NCBI GenBank assembly: GCA_963814875.1 | Contig: CAWFFJ010000019.1 | Coordinates: 67,482 to 131,481 of the forward strand | Source: an uncultured Acidobacteriota bacterium | GTDB lineage: Bacteria > Acidobacteriota > Thermoanaerobaculia > Thermoanaerobaculales > Sulfomarinibacteraceae | DNA: 64,000 nucleotides | Direction: 5' to 3' | Part shown: positions 18,641 through 26,908 of the stretch, piece by piece | How positions within the stretch are numbered: the first letter of the stretch is position 1 | How the letters are laid out: each line of letters begins with the position of its first letter | Translations under genes and position numbers: made by a program | Notes under the pieces: generated by a model | The model's database searches: none | Told to the model about the DNA's origin: nothing | Seen by the model: the letters and a program-made list of their open reading frames with translations, nothing else

Positions 18641-18808
18641 TCCTCCAGCTGACATTGAACCCCTACACATCGATGTCAATCGCCGTTCGTTGACGGCTTC
18701 GATCCCGAGTGCGGGCGCCGGTCGCCCGCTCCGGTCCGGATCGCAGCAGGAGCGTCGGCGACGAGTTGCGGCGCCCGCTCCGGACGTGGCGCCGCGTGGA
18801 GGTTCCGC

Positions 18809-20911
18809 ATGCGACTCTCGTTACCCATTCGACTGCTCGCCGCCGTGGCGTGCACGATTCTGATCATCACCATGGGCCTGCCCGCTCTCGCGGCCGAGCC
18901 GACAGCGACCCCGACGGCGACACCGACCCCGACGCCGCCGCATGTCGGGAGCGGCGAGCTGCTGGTGACGGCACCCCGGCTCGAGGTCTCCCTTGCCGAG
19001 AACCCCGCAGCGACCACCGTGATCGGCGAGGAGACCCTGTCGGTGCTGCCGCGCGCCATCGCCGCCGAGGAGGCGCTGGCTCTCGTCCCCGGTGTCAAGG
19101 TCGACAATCAGGCCAACGGCGAGCGCGTCCACATGTCGATCCGCGGTCAGGGCATCCTGACCGAACGTGGCATCCGCGGCATCAAGATCCTGCTCGACGG
19201 GCTGCCGCTCAACGACCCGACTGGGTTCGCTCCCGATCTCTTCGACGTCGACTGGGCCACGGTCGACCGCATCGAGGTGCTGCGCGGACCCGCCTCGGCT
19301 CTGTACGGCGGAGGCGCCAACGGTGGCATCATTGCGATCCAGACCCGTGACGGCGTCGACGCCCGGGTCGGCGGCGAGGGCCTCGCGACCTTCGGCTCGA
19401 ACGGGTTCTGGAAGGTCCTCGGCGAGGCCAGCGGCAGCGGCGACGGCAACGACTGGCGGGTAAGCGCCTCGCGCACCGCGGGAGATGGGTACCGCGTCCA
19501 CACCGCCTTCGCCGCAACCAATCTGTACGGCAAGTTCCACGTCCTCTCGAGCGACGCCTTCTCGCTGACGGTGATCACCGCCGGTACCAAGTTCTTCAAC
19601 GAGAACGCTGAAGGCCTCAACATCGACCAGGTCCACGAGGACCCGACCCAACCCAACCCCGATGCCGAGGTCTTCAACGAGTACCAGCGCACCCAGCGCG
19701 GCACCCTCGGCCTCGTCGGCCACGTCGCCCTCACTGCCGACCAGGAGCTGACCTTCGCGGCCTGGTATCGCCAGACCCTGTGGCGCGAGTCGGTCCCATC
19801 GTCGGTCCAGCACCGCACCTACGGCACGCCGGGCGCGTACCTCCAGTACACGCTTCACACACCGATCGGCGGGCTCGACAACCACTTCAGCCTCGGCACC
19901 GACCTCGACTGGCAGACGATCGACGAGACCAAGCGCCCGAACCTCGGCGGGGCGGTCGAAGGCTCTGAGATACTCTCCGACCAGCTCATTCACCAGAAGG
20001 GCACCGCCTGCTACCTGCTCGACCGGCTCGAGCTCGCCGAGGGCTGGAGCCTGACCTTCGGCGCCCGCCACGACAGCATCGACAACCAGCTCCAAGACCA
20101 GCTGGTCACCGACGGCGTCGACCTGTCCGGCAGCGCCGACTTCAGCAAAACGACGGCGAGGGTCGGCGTGGCGTGGAGCGTGAGGGAGGACCTCGGCGTC
20201 TACGCCAGCTGGGGTCAGGGCTTCCTGCCGCCGGCGACCGAGGAGCTGGCCAACAACCCCGTGCAGCAGGGCGGCTTCAACCAGGGGCTCGTGCCGGCGA
20301 CCTCGGACGGCTTCGAGATCGGGGTCCGCGGGGCCGCGTCCCACACACTGTGGTACGACGTCACGGCCTTCCAGCTCTCGACGGACAACGACTTCGGCCG
20401 CTACCGGACGCCCGATCGGCCGCTCGAGACCTTCTACCGCAATGCCGGCTCGAGCAGCCGCTGGGGTCTGGAGAGCTCCCTCGTGTGGATGCCCTTCGAC
20501 GCCCTGGTCGTCCGCCTCTCCTACACCTACTCAGACTTCACCTACGACCGCGTCGAGGTCGGGACCGACGTCTACCACGACACCAAGCTGCCCAACTCTC
20601 CCGAGCACATGACGGCCCTTGACCTCGCCTACACGCTGCTGCCCAGGTTGACCCTCGGCACCACCGTCAGCACCATGACCCGTGCCTACATCGACGCCAC
20701 CAACGCGACCTGGATCGGCGGCTACACCCTGGTCGATGCACGGCTTGGTTGGGGTTTTGCGATGTCAAGCTGCACCGGCGAGCTGCTGGTGTCGGCACGC
20801 AACCTGACCGACAAGGCGTACATTGCGTTTACCGAACCCGACCCCGACGGCAACTCCTACCAACCTGGCACCAGCCGAGAGCTCTTCGCCGGCGTTTCGC
20901 TGCATTTCTAG
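18809..20911 (+). CDS. TonB-dependent outer-membrane receptor
   Basis: A signal peptide is followed by a plug domain (LLVTAPRLE..., VPGVKVDNQANGERVHMSIRGQG, RIEVLRGPASALYGGGANGGII). A long beta-barrel ends in the typical aromatic terminus ...ELFAGVSLHF. An SD GGAGG lies upstream. Confidence 0.92.
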   Translation: MRLSLPIRLLAAVACTILIITMGLPALAAEPTATPTATPTPTPPHVGSGELLVTAPRLEVSLAENPAATTVIGEETLSVLPRAIAAEEALALVPGVKVDNQANGERVHMSIRGQGILTERGIRGIKILLDGLPLNDPTGFAPDLFDVDWATVDRIEVLRGPASALYGGGANGGIIAIQTRDGVDARVGGEGLATFGSNGFWKVLGEASGSGDGNDWRVSASRTAGDGYRVHTAFAATNLYGKFHVLSSDAFSLTVITAGTKFFNENAEGLNIDQVHEDPTQPNPDAEVFNEYQRTQRGTLGLVGHVALTADQELTFAAWYRQTLWRESVPSSVQHRTYGTPGAYLQYTLHTPIGGLDNHFSLGTDLDWQTIDETKRPNLGGAVEGSEILSDQLIHQKGTACYLLDRLELAEGWSLTFGARHDSIDNQLQDQLVTDGVDLSGSADFSKTTARVGVAWSVREDLGVYASWGQGFLPPATEELANNPVQQGGFNQGLVPATSDGFEIGVRGAASHTLWYDVTAFQLSTDNDFGRYRTPDRPLETFYRNAGSSSRWGLESSLVWMPFDALVVRLSYTYSDFTYDRVEVGTDVYHDTKLPNSPEHMTALDLAYTLLPRLTLGTTVSTMTRAYIDATNATWIGGYTLVDARLGWGFAMSSCTGELLVSARNLTDKAYIAFTEPDPDGNSYQPGTSRELFAGVSLHF

Positions 20912-20931
20912 ACCACGGTGTTTCCCTCCAG

Positions 20932-20959
20932 ACCGGGGCGACCAAACGGTCGCCCCGGT
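20932..20959 (+). terminator. GC-rich hairpin after the TonB-dependent receptor
   Basis: accggggcgacc-aaac-ggtcgccccggt is a perfect 12-bp stem with a 4-nt loop, 21 nt after the stop. No U-tract follows. Confidence 0.5.
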
Positions 20960-21084
20960 CGACTCGGGAAGGTCCCTGCGGTCACACATCCTGATTCAGA
21001 ATCTCACCTTTATTGCCAGCCCTCTGTAACTGTCTCGACTTGCGGCGTACCATCACTTTGTACTGATACGGCTCAGCCGAGCCG

Positions 21085-23991
21085 ATGGAGGCCAGCATGC
21101 TACTCGGTCGCCGCACCCTGACCCACGTCCTGCGCCGTGTTCCGGTCGTGCTCATGGCCACCCTTGCCGCCGCCTCACCCGCGTCCGCCGGCTGGCGCGT
21201 CATTGCCTGGAACGACCTCGGCATGCATTGCATGGACTCGAGCTACGCGGTCTTCTCCATTCTGCCGCCGTACAACAACCTCCACGCCCAGATCGTCGAC
21301 GCGTCGGGGCGGTTGGTGACGTCTCCAGGGACCCTCAGCGTGACCTGGGAGGCGGTCGCGGACGCGAGCGGCTCGCGCAACACGACCTCTGTCGGCAAGA
21401 CCGACTTCTGGAGCTTCGTCGCCGCCCTTTACGGAGCCGACCTCGCCCCTGATCATGGGCTCGCCGGCTCGGCCATGCCCGGCACCGGCAACACACCGCA
21501 GCCGATGTCGTTCGATGTGGGTGCGCACCAGTTCGTCGCATCTGGCATCCCGATCACCGCGTACGACGACAGTGGGCGGAAAAACGCCTATCCGATGGTG
21601 CGGGTCGTGGTCCGCGACGGATCCGGGGCCATCCTGGCATCGACCGATGTCGTGCTGCCGATCTCGGATGAGATGGACTGCCGGGCGTGCCACGGCTCCG
21701 GAAGCTCAGCGGCGGCCCAGCCTGCTGCCGGGTGGGTGACCGACCCCGATCCCGACCGCGACTATCGGCTCAACATCCTTCGTCTGCACGACGATCTCGA
21801 GGGATGGCGGCCCCGATTCGCCTCCGCCCTCACCGAGGCCGGCTACTCCGCCGACGGGCTGTATGCGACTGTCACCGCGCAGGGAACGCCGGTGCTGTGC
21901 GCCCGATGTCATGGCTCCAACGCCCTGCCCGGCACCGGGCTCGCCGACATCCCACCCCTCACCCACTCCGTGCACGGCAAGCACGCGCAGGTCGAGGATC
22001 CGGTCAATGGGCTGACCCTCGACGCCAGCAGCAACCGCTCGGCGTGCTACCGCTGCCACCCTGGCAGCGAGACGCGGTGTCTGCGCGGTGCGATGGGCTC
22101 CGCGGTCGCCGCCGACGGCAGCCTCGCAATCCAGTGCCAGAGCTGTCACGGCTCGATGAGCGCGGTGGGCGGCAACCGCGAAGGCTGGCTCGACGAGCCC
22201 GGGTGCGGAGGCTGCCACACGGGCACTGCCACCGCCAACAGCGGCCAGATCCGCTACACCTCGGCGCTCCTTGCCGACGGCTCTCGACGACAGCCCGCTG
22301 ATTCCACCTTCGCAACCAACCCCGACACGCCGAGCGCCGGCTTCTCGCTCTACCGGTTTTCCGACGGCCACGGCGGGCTCGCCTGCGAGGCATGCCACGG
22401 CTCCACCCATGCCGAGTACCCCAGCCTCGACGCCAACGACAACGCCCAGAGCCTCGCCGTCCAGGGCCATGTCGGATCCATCGGCGACTGCACCGCCTGC
22501 CACGCCTCGTCGCCGTCGACCACCTCCGGCGGTCCGCACGGCATGCACCCGGTCGGACAGGACTGGGTGAGCAGGCACGGCGACGCCGCCGAGCACTCGA
22601 GCTCGGCATGCCAGGTGTGCCACGGGGCGGACTCGCGCGGCACCGTGCTGTCTCGGGCCCTCGGACCGCGCAGCTTGTCGACGAAGTGGGGAAGCCGGAC
22701 CTTCTTCCGCGGCGCCACCATCGGCTGCTACACCTGCCACAATGGGCCATCGAGCGAGAGCGGCAACCCCAACCACCCTCCTACCGTGGCCAGTGCCTCG
22801 ATCTCGACCACTCACGACACGCCCGTGACCGTAACGCTCTCCGCCACCGACGCCGATGGCGACTCGCTCACGGTGCGGATCGTGACCCAGCCCCGGCACG
22901 GCACCGTCGCGCTGAGCGGCCGGTCCGCGACCTACCTCCCAGAGGCTGGGTTCGGCGGAACCGACAGCTTCACCTTCGCGGCCTGGGACGGCGCCTCGGA
23001 CTCCAACCTCGCAACCGTCTCCGTTTCCGTGTCGGCCGCGGCGCTCGCCGTCAGCGCGGCGGCGAGCCCGTCGAGCGGCCAGACGCCGCTCGAGGTACAC
23101 TTCAGCGCCACGGTCTCCGGGGGCACCGAGCCATACAGCTACGACTGGGACTTCGGAGACGGCAGCGCTCACGCCGTCACCTCGAACCCGACCCACACCT
23201 ACACCGCCGACGGGACCTTCCCGGTGAGCGTGTCAGTGCGGGACGCGGTCGACATCACAGCGAGCGACAGCCACCTGGCGGTCACGGTCGGCTCCACCGC
23301 GGTGTGGCGCTACCTGGTGCCCGCCGCGGCCCACAACACAGGGGTCGGCGGAACCCTGTGGCAGACCGACCTGGTGGCCGTGGTGCCGGGGTCGCAGTCG
23401 GCGAACCTCGAAATGGAGTTCCGCTTCCCGGGTGGGCAGCGGACCGCCGTCGAGGTCCTTGCCGCAGGCTCGACCGTGGTGTGGACCAACGCCGCCGAGA
23501 GCCTGTTCGGGCTCGCCCCCTCCGAGCCCGCCGCCGGCGTCATCGAGGTCACCTCCGACGCGCCCGTCGTGCTCAGCGCGCGGACCTTCAACTCGACCGC
23601 GACCGGGACCTTCGGGCAATCCATGCCGGTCCTCGACGAGGCCGCCGCGCTGCACGCCACCGAAGAGGGCGTGCTGCCGCACATCGTCGCCAACGCGAAG
23701 TTCCGGTCGAATCTCGGGCTGGTCAACCTTGGCAACGCCCCCTGCACGGCCACCGTCCGGCTGTTCGGTGGCTCGGGCACGCCGCTCGGACAGTCGATCT
23801 CCGAGACCGTGTCGGCTCGGGGTTGGACGCAGCTCAACAACATCGGCGATCTCGTGGGCGCGGGCCAGATCGAGATCGCCTACGCGACGGTGAGCGTCGA
23901 CACCCCTGGCGGTGCCATGTGGGCCTACGTCTCGCTGATCGACCAGGCCACCGGCGATCCCACCACGATCCCAGTCGTCCGCCGGCCCTGA
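21085..23991 (+). CDS. secreted nonaheme c-type cytochrome fused to cadherin-like Ig, PKD and an unassigned C-terminal domain
   Basis: It has a signal peptide (VPVVLMATLAAASPASAGW). There are nine CxxCH motifs: CRACH, CARCH, CYRCH, CQSCH, CGGCH, CEACH, CTACH, CQVCH and CYTCH. A cadherin-like repeat (VTVTLSATDADGDSLTVRIVTQPRHGTV...DSFTFAAWDG) and a PKD signature (PLEVHFSATVSGG...YDWDFGDGS...HTYTADGTFPVSVSV) follow. The last 232 aa are unassigned. Confidence 0.88.
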   Translation: MEASMLLGRRTLTHVLRRVPVVLMATLAAASPASAGWRVIAWNDLGMHCMDSSYAVFSILPPYNNLHAQIVDASGRLVTSPGTLSVTWEAVADASGSRNTTSVGKTDFWSFVAALYGADLAPDHGLAGSAMPGTGNTPQPMSFDVGAHQFVASGIPITAYDDSGRKNAYPMVRVVVRDGSGAILASTDVVLPISDEMDCRACHGSGSSAAAQPAAGWVTDPDPDRDYRLNILRLHDDLEGWRPRFASALTEAGYSADGLYATVTAQGTPVLCARCHGSNALPGTGLADIPPLTHSVHGKHAQVEDPVNGLTLDASSNRSACYRCHPGSETRCLRGAMGSAVAADGSLAIQCQSCHGSMSAVGGNREGWLDEPGCGGCHTGTATANSGQIRYTSALLADGSRRQPADSTFATNPDTPSAGFSLYRFSDGHGGLACEACHGSTHAEYPSLDANDNAQSLAVQGHVGSIGDCTACHASSPSTTSGGPHGMHPVGQDWVSRHGDAAEHSSSACQVCHGADSRGTVLSRALGPRSLSTKWGSRTFFRGATIGCYTCHNGPSSESGNPNHPPTVASASISTTHDTPVTVTLSATDADGDSLTVRIVTQPRHGTVALSGRSATYLPEAGFGGTDSFTFAAWDGASDSNLATVSVSVSAAALAVSAAASPSSGQTPLEVHFSATVSGGTEPYSYDWDFGDGSAHAVTSNPTHTYTADGTFPVSVSVRDAVDITASDSHLAVTVGSTAVWRYLVPAAAHNTGVGGTLWQTDLVAVVPGSQSANLEMEFRFPGGQRTAVEVLAAGSTVVWTNAAESLFGLAPSEPAAGVIEVTSDAPVVLSARTFNSTATGTFGQSMPVLDEAAALHATEEGVLPHIVANAKFRSNLGLVNLGNAPCTATVRLFGGSGTPLGQSISETVSARGWTQLNNIGDLVGAGQIEIAYATVSVDTPGGAMWAYVSLIDQATGDPTTIPVVRRP

Positions 23992-24012
23992 GCCCGGCTC
24001 TTTCGAGTCGAT

Positions 24013-24042
24013 CCCGCCCCGTCGGCCTGACGACGGGGCGGG
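24013..24042 (+). terminator. GC-rich hairpin after the multiheme cytochrome gene
   Basis: cccgccccgtcg-gcctga-cgacggggcggg is a perfect 12-bp stem, 21 nt after the stop. Confidence 0.5.
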
Positions 24043-24071
24043 GGTAGACTGCGAGCGTGGAGGACACCGCC

Positions 24072-25040
24072 ATGGCTCGACACCTCTGGCCGTCGTTCCT
24101 GCTCACTCTTGCCCTGATCCCGGCCGCGGCCTTCGCCGCGCCGCCGGACCCATCCACCTTCTCGATCGTCGCCGCTGACCCGGACGCCGGTGAGGTCGGC
24201 GTTGCTGTTGCGAGCCGTTTCTTTGCGGTCGGTACCGTCGTTCCCCACGCCCGCGCCGGCGCCGGAGCGGTCGCGACCCAGGCCTACGCCAACACGAGCT
24301 ACGGCCCGCGCGGGCTCGACCTGCTCGCCATGGGTCTGAACCCGACCGAGGTCGTCGAGATCCTCACCCGCAGCGACGACGGCGCCCAGCGCCGCCAGGT
24401 CGGTGTGGTCGACGCCTCCGGCCGCTCGGCGACGTTCACCGGACCGGGCTGCAATGCATGGGCCGGCGGACGGTCGGGCCCGGGTTATGCAGTGCAGGGC
24501 AACATCCTGGTCGGCGCACCGGTGGTCGCTGCGATGGAGACGTCGTTCCTGTCCAGCGCCGGAAAGCCCCTCGCCGAGCGGCTGCTCGCCGCCCTCTCGG
24601 CCGGTGACGCCGCCGGAGGCGACGCCCGAGGACACCAGTCAGCGGCGCTCATCGTGGCGCGCGCCGGGGGAGGCTACGGCGGCTTCTCCGACCGCGCGAT
24701 CGACATCCGGGTCGACGACAGCCAGGACCCCTTCGGCGAGCTGCGCCGCCTGCTCGGGATCGCGATGGTTAACGACGACTGGAACCGCGGCTGGACCGCA
24801 TTCACCGAGAAGCGCTTTCCGGACGCCCGCCGATGGCAGGAGCGCGCCGCCGAGCGCGCCGGCGCTCAGCCCGAGGTTCTGCCGGAGGTCCTCTACGACC
24901 TCGCGGTGATCCGTCTCGCCGATGGCGACCGCCCGGGTGCCGAGGCTGCACTTGCGAAGGCCGTGTCCCTCAACCCCAAGCTCGCCGAGCAGGCCAAGGT
25001 CGACGACGACCTCGCCGGCCTCCACCCCGAGGGAAAGTAG
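24072..25040 (+). CDS. secreted DUF1028-family (Ntn-hydrolase-fold) protein with C-terminal TPR-like extension
   Basis: ATG 24072 is preceded by GGAGGA. After the signal peptide the protein reads TFSIVAADPDAGEVGVAVASRFFAVGTVVPHARAGAGAVATQAYAN, the characteristic DUF1028 N-terminus. The C-terminal ~90 aa are helical and TPR-like. Confidence 0.8.
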   Translation: MARHLWPSFLLTLALIPAAAFAAPPDPSTFSIVAADPDAGEVGVAVASRFFAVGTVVPHARAGAGAVATQAYANTSYGPRGLDLLAMGLNPTEVVEILTRSDDGAQRRQVGVVDASGRSATFTGPGCNAWAGGRSGPGYAVQGNILVGAPVVAAMETSFLSSAGKPLAERLLAALSAGDAAGGDARGHQSAALIVARAGGGYGGFSDRAIDIRVDDSQDPFGELRRLLGIAMVNDDWNRGWTAFTEKRFPDARRWQERAAERAGAQPEVLPEVLYDLAVIRLADGDRPGAEAALAKAVSLNPKLAEQAKVDDDLAGLHPEGK

Positions 25041-25050
25041 CGAGAGAACA

Positions 25051-25179
25051 AACCACAGAGGCACAGAGACACAGAGGAAGACAGAACTCACGCCTGGTCG
25101 GGAGCGGGCCCTGTGGCCCCGCTCCCGACCAGGCGTGAGATTCTCCGTGCCTCTCTGTGACCTCTGTGTTTCTGTGGTC
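25051..25179. repeat. CACAGAG-type inverted-repeat element with perfect 22-bp core hairpin (copy 1)
   Basis: Left arm: aaccacagaggcacagagacacagaggaagacagaa. Core: ctcacgcctggtcgggagcggg / cccgctcccgaccaggcgtgag, a 22-bp perfect stem at 25087-25108 / 25118-25139. Right arm: attctccgtgcctctctgtgacctctgtgtttctgtggtc. It fills the gap between two convergent genes. Confidence 0.75.
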
Positions 25180-25189
25180 CAGCGCTCGC

Positions 25190-26908
25190 TCAGATCCTGC
25201 GCGCGAGGGCCCGTCCGAGCATTCGCAGGCGGTCGCGGCCCGGGAATCGCCAGAAGTTCGTCTTGACAACGCCCTTGGTGAAATACGTCAAGTGCGAGTA
25301 GTCGATCGCGACTTCGACCACCGCCGCCTGACCGCCGCGGGTCAGGCCCAACGCAGCCTCGAGCACTCCGTCGACGTCGGCGTCGACCGCGATCGACAGG
25401 TAGCGGGCGCCAACCAATCGCGCGTAGTTCTCGACCCGATAGGGCGCGAGCACAGTGCAGGTCTTGCGGTTGAGCGGGATGCGCTGGAACTGGGCAATCT
25501 GTCCGAGCTCACCATCGCGCAGCACGAGGACGAGGGGAGCAATACCACGCGACGAGGCGGTGATCAGCTCGAGGCCGGTCATCAGCAACGCTCCGTCGCC
25601 CGCCAGCGCCACCACGTCCTTCTCCGGAGCGGCCAGCGCCGCACCAATTGCGGCGGGCACCGCGTAGCCCATGCACGAGAAGTCGATCGGACCGAGGAAG
25701 CAACCGGGGCCGTCGAGGCGGAGGTGCTCCATAGCGAGAAAGGTGCCGTTGCCGCTGTCGGTGGTGAACACAGCGCCTGGCCGGGCATGACGCGAAAGGC
25801 CGTCGAACAGGCACGCGGGTGTGACCCGGTCGCTGCTCCGCCGCTTCGTCCACTTCCGGCGCACGTCGTCCTGGCCCGCCGCAATCTCCTCGGCGAGATC
25901 GTCCCACGGACGACGGCCGCCGATCAGATCCAGCAGGCCGTTGAAGAACCGCCCTGCGTCGGACCGGATCGCGAGGGCCGCATGATAGTTGCGGTCGAAC
26001 ACCGAGGGGTCGACGTCAACGTGGATCAAGTTCGCCGGGGGCGTGACGCCGTAGCTTCCGGTGGCCACCTCGGCGAAGCGGCAGCCGACCGCGAGCAGGC
26101 AGTCCGAACGGTCCATGATGCGGCGGACAAAGGGCGGCGCCTGCGGCCCAAAACCGTTCCACAACCACAGTGGATGGCTCTCCGGGAAGACTCCCTTGCC
26201 GTGGATGGTCGTGGTGACGGGCGCGCCAAGGCGCTGCGCCAGCTCGACCAGCGCGGGTCCGGCACCAGCGGCGCCGACGCCGAGGTAGAGAGCCGGGCGC
26301 TCGGCCTCGCCGAGACGCTTTGCGGCGGCCTCCAGGAGCTCCTGCGACGGATCCACCGGCGGTTCCGGATCGGGTATCCAGTGCGGCACGTCGTCGAGCT
26401 TCTGCACGAGCAGCATCAGCTCGGCCGGGATCTCGACCGCGACCGGACCGCGCGGGCTGCGGCGGGCGAGCTGGAAGGCCCGGCGGATGGTCGGGTAGAT
26501 GTCCTCCGCCCGAGTCGCCCGCCATGCCGCCTTGGTCACCGGCTCGAGCACGGCGAGCTGGTCGATGGCGTGGAGCTGGAAGGACGCCCCGGTGTCGGAT
26601 CGGATGCCGGTCGCGAGGACCACCAGCGGCACCTGATCCATCCACGCCTCGGCGATGCCCGACAGAGCGTGGGTCACACCGGCACCGGGCACCACCGCGA
26701 GCACGCCGACCTCTCCGGTTGATCGCGCGAGGCCGTCGGCGAGGAACGCGGCCGCATGCTCGCTGGTCACGAGCACCGGCTCGATTGGCGAAAGATCAAG
26801 GGCGTCGTAGAGCTCGGTGTTGTGGGTACCCGGGATCCCGAAAGTCCAGCGGACGCCCTCAGCAAGGAGCGCCTGGACGACCGCCTGCGAGCCTCGGACC
26901 TTCTTCAT
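25190..26908 (-). CDS. thiamine-diphosphate-dependent enzyme (acetolactate-synthase-like family; substrate unknown)
   Basis: ORF 25190..27100 trimmed to ATG 26908, which is preceded by GGGGAG and overlaps the upstream stop as ATGA. The N-terminal Pyr domain reads MKKVRGSQAVVQALLAEGVRWTFGIPGTHNTELYDAL. The ThDP-binding motif is ALAGDGALLMTGLELITA. Confidence 0.85.
   Translation of the reverse strand: MKKVRGSQAVVQALLAEGVRWTFGIPGTHNTELYDALDLSPIEPVLVTSEHAAAFLADGLARSTGEVGVLAVVPGAGVTHALSGIAEAWMDQVPLVVLATGIRSDTGASFQLHAIDQLAVLEPVTKAAWRATRAEDIYPTIRRAFQLARRSPRGPVAVEIPAELMLLVQKLDDVPHWIPDPEPPVDPSQELLEAAAKRLGEAERPALYLGVGAAGAGPALVELAQRLGAPVTTTIHGKGVFPESHPLWLWNGFGPQAPPFVRRIMDRSDCLLAVGCRFAEVATGSYGVTPPANLIHVDVDPSVFDRNYHAALAIRSDAGRFFNGLLDLIGGRRPWDDLAEEIAAGQDDVRRKWTKRRSSDRVTPACLFDGLSRHARPGAVFTTDSGNGTFLAMEHLRLDGPGCFLGPIDFSCMGYAVPAAIGAALAAPEKDVVALAGDGALLMTGLELITASSRGIAPLVLVLRDGELGQIAQFQRIPLNRKTCTVLAPYRVENYARLVGARYLSIAVDADVDGVLEAALGLTRGGQAAVVEVAIDYSHLTYFTKGVVKTNFWRFPGRDRLRMLGRALARRI

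Noticed and set aside
18641-18808. A cobalamin or other riboswitch ahead of the TonB-dependent receptor.
   Set aside because: The region is only 168 nt and has no GCCACUG-type B12 core. Only a short TGACAT/ATGTCA inverted repeat is present.
25051-25179. Whether the CACAGAG repeats could be a CRISPR array.
   Set aside because: The units are 7-nt degenerate heptamers arranged as inverted arms. They are not 25-40-nt direct repeats with unique spacers, and there are no cas genes.
25157-26722. A 521-aa plus ORF, and the 720-aa ORF 26320..28482.
   Set aside because: They are antisense shadows of the ThDP-enzyme and GMC-oxidoreductase genes.
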